Below, one piece after another: positions 1-8,361 of a stretch of 32,000 bases of DNA (position 1 is the first letter of the stretch; the number at the start of each line of letters is the position of its first letter). This DNA comes from Candidatus Electrothrix sp. GW3-4 (lineage in GTDB: Bacteria > Desulfobacterota > Desulfobulbia > Desulfobulbales > Desulfobulbaceae). The notes under the pieces were generated by a model, which was not told where the DNA came from, did not search any database, and worked only from the letters and a program-made list of their open reading frames with translations. The stretch spans positions 2,910,001-2,942,000 of the forward strand of contig NZ_CP147990.1 of NCBI RefSeq assembly GCF_037902255.1, written 5' to 3'. A program made the translations under genes and the position numbers.

Positions 1-400
1 CACAGCCCGCTCAAACATCGTCTCCGCCGCCGGGTAATCCTGCTTCTGATTCTTCAGAAAGACGGCGTAGTTGCCCAGATTGTCCGCATGCTTCGGGTCA
101 GCCTCCACGGCCCGCTCGTACATCGCTTCCGCTGCCGCGTAGTCCTTCTTTTGATCAGCCAGAAAATTGGCGTAGTTGCCCAGATTGTCCGCATGCTTCG
201 GGTCAGCCTCCACGGCCCGCTCGTACATCGCTTCCGCTGCCGCGTAGTCCTGCTTCTGATTCTTCAGAAAGACGGCGTAGTTGCCCAGATTGTCCGCATG
301 CTTCGGGTCAGCCTCCACGGCCCGCTCGTACATCGCTTCCGCTGCCGCGTAGTCCTTCTTTTGATCAGCCAGAAAATTGGCGTAGTTGCCGTAAGCATCT
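1..400 (-). repeat. 105-bp-period (35-codon) tandem repeat encoding TPR modules, organised as a 210-bp higher-order repeat with long nucleotide-identical stretches
   Basis: The string ggcgtagttgcc recurs at 64, 169, 274 and 379, a period of 105 bp. Segment 88-~390 shows two alternating unit variants (...ttcttttgatcagccagaaaattg... and ...tgcttctgattcttcagaaagacg...). Positions 88-180 are identical to 298-390. Confidence 0.9.
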
Positions 401-3273
401 GCCCTTTCATTATCCGTCTTTGCCAGCTGAAGAGCTGTATTGAACCGATCTTCTTCACCTGCTAACTCAGCTTTCTTTAAAATATCCTCGGTAATCCTGT
501 CCAGTTCTCCAAAAATAAGAAGATACGCCTGCCTGAGTAAATCGCTATTCCCGGCAAATTGCTTAAACATCAGACGAATGACATCTTGGGGATTCTCTTT
601 TGCTATTTCTTGAAACTTGCCACGCTCTTCATCAAAAAGTTTATAAAATTCGCTAAACTGAAAAATAGATAGCTCTTCCAATGCCGAACTGCTCACCCGT
701 AACTTTTCAAATACATTAAGCGAAAGCGATAACTCCAACAAATTGATAAAACTATCAGCATTAAAATCAATCTCATCCCGATCGACTAAGCTATCCTGAG
801 CACTGACCCTATAAGAGAGAAAAACCAGTTCCCAATCCACCAAACTATTCCGAATGCAGAGTCGATGCAGGGCGGCAATCCGGCGTTGATCTGTTTCACC
901 GGATAGCGGCAGTTCTCCTGAATAGCCAGTAGGAAAATGATTAGCATTAATAAAATCAGCACTCTCTCTGAGTGTCTCCGTCTCCGGCACTGCATACTCA
1001 GCCAAGAACTCCTGAAACCAAATCCGCCACAACAAGGGCGCACAAATCTTCGCCAGAAAGTTCCTATCTTCTTTACCCAGCGGCTCCACCACCTTCTCAG
1101 CCAAACCATAACAGGAAACATGCTCCTCCAGCCCTTTCTCCGACCAATGATTCAGCAACCCAAAATTATCCAACCGCTGCAGGGCCGTTGCCGGATCAGC
1201 AATCCCGGCCTTGGGGCCAGCCTGAAGCAACAGCTCTTCCGGCACAGGAAAATCAAACAGGGTCAGCAATCGCAACAACTGCAACTCCGTATCACTCAAG
1301 GCCCTGCTGTACACCTCCAAGGCAATACGCTGCAAATACTTGTCCAGATCATCGCCAGACGAGTCACTCTGCTCCGTTTGCGTGGCCCGGTAATCGCCAA
1401 TCCTTTCCAAAGCCCGGTCAAGCGCGACGGTTTCCCCTTTGAGCAAGGGCTGAAAAAGCAGATGCTGCAAACCAGGATTGCCTTTGCCTGCATCATAAAT
1501 CCGTTGCAAATACTGGCTATCCTGCTCACCTTCCTCTCTTTCCCCCTGAGCCGTCTCCTGCAAGGCCAGCCAGTGCATTTTCAGCTCAGTTTCTGTCATA
1601 TCCGGCACATTAATCGCCTTCAGCCTTGCGGCCACATCATCGCCACAACGATTCTGCACAACAAATTTATAACGGGAAGTGAGCAGTAGACGGGATTCGG
1701 TATCGGCCTCATCAAAGGCTTCAATAATGGCGGTCAAGGTTGCCTGATAATCCAGTTTCACTTTAGCTTCTTTCCGATCACCAGACAGCTCTTCCAGGAC
1801 ATGCTGCTCCAGATCATCCAGAACCAAAAGAATTGGCTGCTGATCAAACACTCCTTCCAGCAGGTCGACCAGAACGTCTTTGAAATCTTCAGGTTGTTCC
1901 TGCACCTGAGCAATGAGTTTCGGGAAATCAACCTTCTCTTTCGCCCCTCTTGCCGCAGCCCCCAGAGTTTGCAGCACATCAAAGGACTGATACTTCCTGT
2001 ACAGCACAGCCGTCTTAAAGGGATCTTCCAGACGGTCCGCAATCCGTGCAGCCAGGCTTGATTTGCCGCTCCCGCCGATGGCATAGAGCAGCACACCGGC
2101 ATAGTCCCGTTCCGCAAAGACCCGAAGCACCTCCTTGGTCTGCCGCCGCCTGCCCACAAAGGTCTCCCGGCTGGCGACCCGTACCTCCTGCTTTTCCTTG
2201 TCCAACAATTCATGGCAGGGCCTGCCCTTGCGCCGTTGGCTTTTTGGCTTTGCTCTCGAAACCAGAGGTTCTCCACCCTGCGCACTGAGGCAGCAACGAC
2301 CCAGGTGCCAATGGGTATATCCCTTCTCCAATAAAGCCTGTCGGGCACGAGCACAGGCATCAGGCACGGTTGCCTGTCTCTGAAGGGCCTGATAGAAATA
2401 TTCAGCAAAAACTGTTGCATCCTCATCAGCCACAGCACCGTCCCAACCAACGATGTTGCCAATACCCAAACGGGCCAAGTCAATCATAAGGGAATGCCTG
2501 TCCTGATGATTTGCACTATGACAGGCTGAGAGAAACAGGGTGCTGAACTGCTCATGCAGGCGCAGCCGACCGAAGTCATGGGCCGTTGCCGTCATCAGCC
2601 CAAATTGTTCATCTTCCAGATGCAGGACAAAACCGCGTTCAGCATCAAAACTGCCATGACAGGAAAGATGGAGCACATCACAATGATTCGCCTCGGAGAG
2701 GCGACGGCTCAACGCCTCAAGGTTGCCGGACTCATCAACCAGGAGATTGAGGTTTCTATGGTTTCTGGTCGCGGTGAAGATGGCCCGTTCTTCAGCTTCA
2801 TAGTTCAGCCCACTGTTTAATCCGGGGTCAGCCGCCATAAAGGCCAGGGTCAAATCTTTATAACGGGGCTGGAGAGGAGCTGAGGAAGGTTGGCCCACCC
2901 GACGAATCACTTCAAAGGGCACCACATCGTCTGTGAGAAACTGATTATTCTCAGCCAGGACTTCCCAGGGAAGATGGAGGAGAAGTTGCTGTTCCGGGGT
3001 GGGATTCGCATCGCTAAAAACAGTTAAACAGCGTGAACCTGTTGCATTCAGCCAGAGTCGTGTTTCAGCTGGTTGGGTATTGATGACAGCAAACAGGGTC
3101 TGGCCGATTACCAACAGCGCAGCTGTATCGTCGGATTTCTGAAGGTCATGGTATTGATCACAGCAGGCTTGCAGTTCAGCGATAAGGGTATCAGTCAGCT
3201 TAACAGACACCGCTGGTCGCTCACCAAACGTACAAACCAGCTTCTGTTCAATGATGTTGACTGTCAGTTCCAT
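1..3273 (-). CDS. CHAT (caspase-like Cys protease) / STAND-type P-loop NTPase / TPR multidomain protein; C-terminal end lies beyond the left window edge
   Basis: Not in the supplied ORF track because there is no stop codon inside the window. Manual minus-strand translation from ATG 3273..3271 (GAGG about 8 nt upstream) stays open for all 1091 codons down to position 1 (MELTVNIIEQKLVCTFGERPAV...). Caspase/CHAT-type His motif DVLHLSCHG is at 2653-2676 and Cys motif TLFLSACHS at 2515-2538. Walker A AIGGSGKSSLA is at 2056-2082. Walker B ILLVLDDLE is at 1807-1830, followed by LLLTSRYKF (NB-ARC-like TSR/TTR motif). The C-terminus has 35-aa TPR-like units ADNLGNYAxFLxxQKxDYAAAEAMYERAVEADPKH. Confidence 0.85.
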   Translation of the reverse strand, partial: MELTVNIIEQKLVCTFGERPAVSVKLTDTLIAELQACCDQYHDLQKSDDTAALLVIGQTLFAVINTQPAETRLWLNATGSRCLTVFSDANPTPEQQLLLHLPWEVLAENNQFLTDDVVPFEVIRRVGQPSSAPLQPRYKDLTLAFMAADPGLNSGLNYEAEERAIFTATRNHRNLNLLVDESGNLEALSRRLSEANHCDVLHLSCHGSFDAERGFVLHLEDEQFGLMTATAHDFGRLRLHEQFSTLFLSACHSANHQDRHSLMIDLARLGIGNIVGWDGAVADEDATVFAEYFYQALQRQATVPDACARARQALLEKGYTHWHLGRCCLSAQGGEPLVSRAKPKSQRRKGRPCHELLDKEKQEVRVASRETFVGRRRQTKEVLRVFAERDYAGVLLYAIGGSGKSSLAARIADRLEDPFKTAVLYRKYQSFDVLQTLGAAARGAKEKVDFPKLIAQVQEQPEDFKDVLVDLLEGVFDQQPILLVLDDLEQHVLEELSGDRKEAKVKLDYQATLTAIIEAFDEADTESRLLLTSRYKFVVQNRCGDDVAARLKAINVPDMTETELKMHWLALQETAQGEREEGEQDSQYLQRIYDAGKGNPGLQHLLFQPLLKGETVALDRALERIGDYRATQTEQSDSSGDDLDKYLQRIALEVYSRALSDTELQLLRLLTLFDFPVPEELLLQAGPKAGIADPATALQRLDNFGLLNHWSEKGLEEHVSCYGLAEKVVEPLGKEDRNFLAKICAPLLWRIWFQEFLAEYAVPETETLRESADFINANHFPTGYSGELPLSGETDQRRIAALHRLCIRNSLVDWELVFLSYRVSAQDSLVDRDEIDFNADSFINLLELSLSLNVFEKLRVSSSALEELSIFQFSEFYKLFDEERGKFQEIAKENPQDVIRLMFKQFAGNSDLLRQAYLLIFGELDRITEDILKKAELAGEEDRFNTALQLAKTDNERADAYGNYANFLADQKKDYAAAEAMYERAVEADPKHADNLGNYAVFLKNQKQDYAAAEAMYERAVEADPKHADNLGNYANFLADQKKDYAAAEAMYERAVEADPKHADNLGNYAVFLKNQKQDYPAAETMFERAV

Positions 3274-3309
3274 ACCATCCTCGCTCTCTTCAAAAGCACC
3301 TCAGCTCAA

Positions 3310-3927
3310 TCACCCCTTACGCATCAAGGCCGGATAATCCTCGCGCAGGAAATTATGGAGCAGCACCGGCCCAACACCGGTCATGATGGATTCGGGATGA
3401 AACTGCACGCCCTCCACATTCAGGGTCTTATGGCGTATACCCATCAACTCACCTTGATCTGTATGAGCTGTGGCCTCAAGGCAATCCGGCAGAGTGGATT
3501 CCTCCACCACCAGGGAATGGTAGCGCATGCCGGCAAAGGGATTCTCCAGACCGTAGAACACCCCGCGACCATCGTGGTGCATGGGACTGGTCTTGCCGTG
3601 CATCACCCTACCCGCTCGGATTACCTTGCCACCAAAGGCCTCGCCGATGGACTGATGCCCGAGGCAGACCCCGAGGATAGGAATCTTACCGCTGAAATAC
3701 TGGATGGCCTCCACCGAGATTCCCGCTTCCTTGGGGGTACAGGGACCAGGGGAAATCAGCAGACGGGCCGGTGCCATATCAGCAATTTCCTGCACCGTGA
3801 TCTTATCATTGCGAAAGACCCGGATATCAGGCTGCTGCCAGTCCGCAGGTGCTCCCGGAGGAGCCGCCGCTAAGGTTTGAACAATATTAAAGGTAAACGA
3901 ATCGTAGTTATCAATAATAATAAGCAC
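3310..3927 (-). CDS. trpG: anthranilate synthase component II (glutamine amidotransferase, TrpG/PabA type)
   Basis: MLIIIDNYDSFTFN..., catalytic GVCLGHQ, FHPES; GTG start 2 nt after the trpE stop. Confidence 0.9.
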   Translation of the reverse strand: MLIIIDNYDSFTFNIVQTLAAAPPGAPADWQQPDIRVFRNDKITVQEIADMAPARLLISPGPCTPKEAGISVEAIQYFSGKIPILGVCLGHQSIGEAFGGKVIRAGRVMHGKTSPMHHDGRGVFYGLENPFAGMRYHSLVVEESTLPDCLEATAHTDQGELMGIRHKTLNVEGVQFHPESIMTGVGPVLLHNFLREDYPALMRKG

Positions 3928-3929
3928 GG

Positions 3930-5423
3930 CTATAGCCCCTGTTCAGCAAGTTCGACAGCCCGACGTAATCCTCGGGCCTTATTGACCGTTTCCTCGAATT
4001 CTTTTTCCGGCACAGAGTCAGACACAATACCTGCCCCGGCCTGAATCCAGAGATCATTATCCTTCATAAGAAAGGTACGGATGGTGATGCAGAAATCCAT
4101 ATTGCCGGAAAATCCAAAATAGCCTACAGCCCCGGCATAAGGACCGCGCCGCTCCGGCTCCAGCTCCTCAATAATTTCCATTGCCCGGACCTTGGATGCC
4201 CCACTGACAGTACCTGCCGGAAAACAGGCCTCCAGCACATCAAACTGATCCTTCCCTTCTGCCAGTTGCCCGTGGACCCCAGAGACAATATGCATCACAT
4301 GACTGTACTGCTCAACAACCAACAGATCACCGGTGACCACGGAGCCACCTTCAGCTACCCTGCCCACATCATTACGGCCCAGATCCACCAGCATCAGGTG
4401 CTCAGCCCGCTCCTTGGGATCGGCCAACAGCTCCTCTTCCAACTCCTTATCCTCCTGCGGGCTTGCACCCCGCTTCCGGGTCCCGGCAATGGGCCGAAGC
4501 TCAATCTCACTATCTTCCAGGCGCACCAGAATCTCCGGTGACGAGCCGATCAGGATACTCTCATCCAGGCGAAGATAGAAGAGATAGGGACTGGGGTTGA
4601 TATGACGCAGGGAACGGTAGAGGAGCAGGGGATCAAGCTCGGTCTTGGCATGAAAACGCTGGGACAGCACCACCTGAATGATGTCACCGGCCAGGATATA
4701 CTCCTTGGCCCGCTCCACCATACCAACAAAACCTGCCTCATCCATATTGGAGCTAAAGCTATGCGGGGGTGACGCAGCGGCATGCGCCACCAAAGAGGTC
4801 GGCAAAGGTCGCCGGATCAGCTCAATAATCCTCTCAATGCGCTGGCATCCGTCCTGATAGAGGGCCGTGGTATCTGCTGACTCTGCCCCCTTGCCGGGCA
4901 CTACATTACAAACCACAGTCAGGGTTTGGTTGACTGCGTCGTGAATCAGCACCAACCGAGGCACAATGAAAGAGGAATCAGGAAAATCAAGGGGGGGATG
5001 TTGATCCGGGATCTCTTCAATAAAACGAATCATATCATAGCCGAGGAATCCGACCGCTCCGCCGTAGAAACGGGGCAACCCCGGTGCAGTACTGGCATTG
5101 AAGGAGGCCAGCAACGCACGCAGTTCCTGGAACGGATTCACTCCCTCCCGAATATCCTCAACCTCGGAACCGGCTTGACGCAAGGTCACGGCATCGCCAA
5201 CAGAGGAAAAAGACAGCAGCGGGTCCAGGCCGATAAAGGAATAGCGACCCCATTTTTCCCCACCCTCCATGGATTCAAAGAGAAAAGCGTGTTTTTCCTT
5301 TTCCGCCACCTTGGCAAAGACGGTCAAAGGGGTATCAAGATCTGCGACAATTGTCCGATGAAGAGGGACAAGACCTGCCTGTTCCATCATCTCGGCAAAG
5401 GATTCCAAGTCAGGAGAATACAT
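3930..5423 (-). CDS. trpE: anthranilate synthase component I
   Basis: 497 aa with the chorismate-binding family motifs LYRSLRHINPSPYLFYL, GTRKRG and GAGIVSDS; located directly upstream of trpG. Confidence 0.93.
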   Translation of the reverse strand: MYSPDLESFAEMMEQAGLVPLHRTIVADLDTPLTVFAKVAEKEKHAFLFESMEGGEKWGRYSFIGLDPLLSFSSVGDAVTLRQAGSEVEDIREGVNPFQELRALLASFNASTAPGLPRFYGGAVGFLGYDMIRFIEEIPDQHPPLDFPDSSFIVPRLVLIHDAVNQTLTVVCNVVPGKGAESADTTALYQDGCQRIERIIELIRRPLPTSLVAHAAASPPHSFSSNMDEAGFVGMVERAKEYILAGDIIQVVLSQRFHAKTELDPLLLYRSLRHINPSPYLFYLRLDESILIGSSPEILVRLEDSEIELRPIAGTRKRGASPQEDKELEEELLADPKERAEHLMLVDLGRNDVGRVAEGGSVVTGDLLVVEQYSHVMHIVSGVHGQLAEGKDQFDVLEACFPAGTVSGASKVRAMEIIEELEPERRGPYAGAVGYFGFSGNMDFCITIRTFLMKDNDLWIQAGAGIVSDSVPEKEFEETVNKARGLRRAVELAEQGL

Positions 5424-5520
5424 GATTACCTATCAACAAATACTGTGAGCAAAAAGCGTTCGCTACTTCGGTGGCACCCACCTCACAGGCGATGCAGCAG
5501 CAATGAGCGCAGCCTCAAAC

Positions 5521-5553
5521 AAAAAAAGCCACGGAAGTCCAGCTTCCATGGCT
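5521..5553 (-). terminator. Rho-independent terminator downstream of rpsT
   Basis: Minus strand reads AGCCATGGAAG-ctgga-CTTCCGTGGCT followed by TTTTTTT. This is an 11-bp stem with one G-U pair, about 57 nt after the rpsT stop. Confidence 0.7.
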
Positions 5554-5609
5554 CATAATCCTTCTATGAAATCAGAGGATTCCCTGGGAATATTCCCTGG
5601 GGAAATCGG

Positions 5610-5882
5610 TCAACCGATAGGCATCATACGATTGACGCGTCCGGTCAGCCTGGAAATCTTACGGGATGCTGTCTTCTTATGAATAGTTCCCTTTCCGGCA
5701 GTCTTCTGAATAATGGGTATGGCAACCTTCAGGGCTTCCTGAGCTGCATCCTCAACCCCGGCCACCAGGGCCTCTTCAACACGGCGTACAGCTGTGTTCA
5801 TTTTTGATTTATTCATCCGATTACGCAGACGACGTTCCTGGGACTGCTTATGCCTCTTGATTGCTGACTTATGATTCGCCAT
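5610..5882 (-). CDS. rpsT: 30S ribosomal protein S20
   Basis: MANHKSAIKRHKQSQERRLRNRMNKS... is a typical S20 N-terminus. The start was moved to ATG 5882, which has GGAG 5 nt upstream; the track ORF extends to 5942. Confidence 0.9.
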   Translation of the reverse strand: MANHKSAIKRHKQSQERRLRNRMNKSKMNTAVRRVEEALVAGVEDAAQEALKVAIPIIQKTAGKGTIHKKTASRKISRLTGRVNRMMPIG

Positions 5883-6123
5883 GAAAACTCCTTGATGCTG
5901 TCTATAAAGTATTCTATAAAATATAATCCTGAAAGCTATCACTTGCAGATAGCTGCTTATGACAAAAAAACAGAACGATCTTCCTTAAACCGGGGGGATT
6001 TCTTTTCCCAGAGAAATCCATTGTAAAATAAACTATACCGTATAGCTGAATAAATCCCTCTTGTCAACTCTATTTGCAGAACAACGCGTTTTTCGCTGAC
6101 TTTTCTTCGAAAAAATTTTCTTT

Positions 6124-6148
6124 AAAAAAACTTCTGGCTGCAGAGAAG
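6124..6148 (-). terminator. possible Rho-independent terminator after the pentapeptide-repeat gene
   Basis: Minus strand reads CTTCT-ctgcagcc-AGAAG followed by T7, immediately after the stop at 6152. The stem is short (5 bp). Confidence 0.4.
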
Positions 6149-6151
6149 GGT

Positions 6152-7768
6152 TTATTCTTTCTCATGTGCAAAATCAAGTTGCGCGCCGATTGCACCGGTA
6201 AAATTAGTTGAGTCAAGCAAGGCCCCTTGCAACTGGGCGCCAGTAAGGTTGGCATGGGTAAAATCAGCAAGGTAGAGATCTGCCGCCCGCAGGTCTGCAT
6301 TATACAAATTTGCGTTGGTGAAATTGACCCCTTTCAGGTTTGCCGAGCGAAGGTCAGTCCCTTCCAGCCGGGCACCACTGAGGTCTGCCCGTTCCAGATC
6401 CACCTCTTCCAGGTCTTCCTCCCGCAGTTCAGCCCCGGCGAGGTCACAGGCCACGCAACGCCTCTCTTCAAGCAATTTATCGATCAGCCCCTGCAATCGG
6501 GCTCGACTCTGGGCAAAGGTCTCGACGGTATAGGCCCCAAGCTGCTGTTCTGCCCCTTGCTTATTGACCTCGGGAACGAGGGGGACTTGAGCGGGAGTGG
6601 TTGCTGCTTCTTTTTCAGGCTCGGGCCCCTGCTCAGCCCCTTGCTCGCTTAGCGAGGCCTGGGCCGTCGGCCGAACTTCCTTTTTTTCCTGAGCAACTTC
6701 CTCGACTTCACCAGCTTCATCGGCTTCATCGGCTTCATCGGCTTCAGTGACGGCCTCTGCTGCCTTTTTCTTCTCCGCACTATCAGAGTCAAACAGAGAG
6801 GTAAAGGTATCCCAGAGGCTCAGCTCTGCCCCTCTGTCCTCAGCCCCACCTTCTTTTTGCCCGGACGCGGTATTGATCACCGGAATTTCATCAAGCCCGG
6901 TCGTTTGCTTCTTGGTTTGTTTCTTGGCCAGCGCCGAATCAGGCTGGGTCTTCTTCTGCACCGGGGGGGCTATCTGAGCATCCTCGATAGGGACCAATTC
7001 CTTCGAGCGCAGTGTTGTTGCGGCCCTTCCCGCAATATCAGGGAGGGCTACCTTTTTTTTTTCTTCCAGTCCCTGATCCGCCTCAGATAATCCAGGGGGT
7101 GCAGGCAGTTCCGGTTCCACAGGGGGCTCTTCAACGACCGAGATATCGGCGGAAGGCATACTATCTTTTTCCTCAGAATCAGAAGCGGCTGTCTCAGATG
7201 CAGCTTCAATTCCTCGCTCTGGGCTTATCAGTTCCTGAGGAGGAGCTTGCATGGTTGAATCAGGAAGTACAACCTCCTCCTCAGCCCTCTCCACATCCTG
7301 GGGAGGTTCTGGCAGCGTACCTGCTTCCTGTTTAGGGAGAACCTCAGGCAGTTCTTCAGGTTCATAGGGCTTTTCAGGAGTAATTTCCTGATCCATAAGC
7401 GCCTCTTTCAGATAGGCCCCAGCCAGCTGCGCATCGGTCAGATCAGCGCCCCGAAGATCAGCACCAGCAAAATCCGTTCCTCCAAGGACAGCACCCCGCA
7501 GGACAGCGTTATGCAGATTGGCCTTGGATAAATTTGTCAGGCTGAGCTTGGCACCCGAGAGATCAGCTCCCTGCAGATCAGCCCCCTGCAAATTCATTCT
7601 GGTTAAGACCGCCCCTCGCAGATCACAACGGGGGCATTGCTTGGTTGTTACCAGCCGGTTAAAGTTCTTCTGGATATCCTGATCAGAAGCCCCCAGAGAT
7701 TCAGCTGACGCAGCTGTGCCACAGAGCAGCAGACACGCGCAAAGATACATATAGTTATTTTTTTTCAT
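6152..7768 (-). CDS. exported pentapeptide-repeat protein with a central acidic/Pro-rich low-complexity linker
   Basis: Signal peptide MKKNNYMYLCACLLLCGTAASA. Pentapeptide (A[DN]LxG-type) blocks occur at both ends (RCDLRGAVLTRMNLQGADLQGADLSGAKL... and ...ADLSGARLEGTDLRSANLKGVNFTNANLYNADL). The middle of the protein is E/P/A-rich. Confidence 0.85.
   Translation of the reverse strand: MKKNNYMYLCACLLLCGTAASAESLGASDQDIQKNFNRLVTTKQCPRCDLRGAVLTRMNLQGADLQGADLSGAKLSLTNLSKANLHNAVLRGAVLGGTDFAGADLRGADLTDAQLAGAYLKEALMDQEITPEKPYEPEELPEVLPKQEAGTLPEPPQDVERAEEEVVLPDSTMQAPPQELISPERGIEAASETAASDSEEKDSMPSADISVVEEPPVEPELPAPPGLSEADQGLEEKKKVALPDIAGRAATTLRSKELVPIEDAQIAPPVQKKTQPDSALAKKQTKKQTTGLDEIPVINTASGQKEGGAEDRGAELSLWDTFTSLFDSDSAEKKKAAEAVTEADEADEADEAGEVEEVAQEKKEVRPTAQASLSEQGAEQGPEPEKEAATTPAQVPLVPEVNKQGAEQQLGAYTVETFAQSRARLQGLIDKLLEERRCVACDLAGAELREEDLEEVDLERADLSGARLEGTDLRSANLKGVNFTNANLYNADLRAADLYLADFTHANLTGAQLQGALLDSTNFTGAIGAQLDFAHEKE
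6712..6747 (-). repeat. 9-nt tandem repeat (4 units) inside the pentapeptide-repeat gene, encoding EADEADEADEA
   Basis: cagcttcat cggcttcat cggcttcat cggcttcag on the plus strand. Confidence 0.85.
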
Positions 7769-7858
7769 TCTCCTTCCCCGTGCCGACAGCTGCCATTTGA
7801 TCCCGTCTTCCTCCTGCTCAATACGCAGCGGACTTCGCTTGCAGAGCCATCATTCTCT

Positions 7859-8302
7859 TCAGCTTGTCTCTTTGGGCCAGACAAGATTACTGTATATCCA
7901 TCCAGTTAACTCAGGATGGCTTATCTTGAACCAATTCCCCTCAGTTTCTACTTTTTTCAGGATAACATCGCGAACCACCTTACCGACCTTATCATAGTTT
8001 GTGCCAGGACCTGATCGAACATTCCCTTCATCAGCTCGTACAATAACATAGGGCGTTTTGGCAACAAGACCGGCATAAATCCAGCCCTTATCGTTCTCAT
8101 AATCACTGACCTTGATCCATTTCTTGTCCCGCTCCAGCACCTTCAGCGGATAGCCTGCAGGCAGCTGAAAGAGGATCTCATGGCTGGTCGTTGGGCCAGA
8201 ACGGAGATTCACCCCATCTTTGACAACTGATACAAACTCAGCAGCTCCGGCAACTCCAGTCAGCATCGTTGCCAGCACCACTGTTAGAATACAGACTCTC
8301 AT
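7859..8302 (-). CDS. exported protein with two bacterial SH3 (SH3b) domains
   Basis: GVNLRSGPTTSHEILFQLPAGYPLKVLERDKKWIKV and NVRSGPGTNYDKVGKVVRDVILKKVETEGNWFKI are SH3_3-like. The start was placed at ATG 8302, preceded by AAGGAGGGC; the track ORF starts at 8329. Confidence 0.75.
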   Translation of the reverse strand: MRVCILTVVLATMLTGVAGAAEFVSVVKDGVNLRSGPTTSHEILFQLPAGYPLKVLERDKKWIKVSDYENDKGWIYAGLVAKTPYVIVRADEGNVRSGPGTNYDKVGKVVRDVILKKVETEGNWFKISHPELTGWIYSNLVWPKETS

Positions 8303-8361
8303 GCCCTCCTTAAAAAATCGGTATCGCATTAGATTCTCCTTATTTTTACCACTTTTCTTTC

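Noticed and set aside
88-3873. Track ORFs in the first 3.9 kb: + strand 88..465, 937..1689, 972..1442, 1801..2061, 2046..2288, 2135..2383, 2554..2820, 3073..3873; - strand 264..458, 786..1121, 1296..1529, 1758..2483.
   Set aside because: All are shadow or off-frame ORFs of the long minus-strand CHAT-STAND-TPR frame, or antisense to trpG. Their translations are low-complexity (Q/P/R/W-rich) with no motifs or RBS, whereas the true frame carries recognisable catalytic and Walker motifs.
5424-5609. trp attenuator, leader peptide or T-box upstream of trpE.
   Set aside because: The only strong terminator (5521-5553) is best explained as the rpsT terminator. The remaining ~97 nt has no Trp-codon leader ORF and is too short for a T-box.
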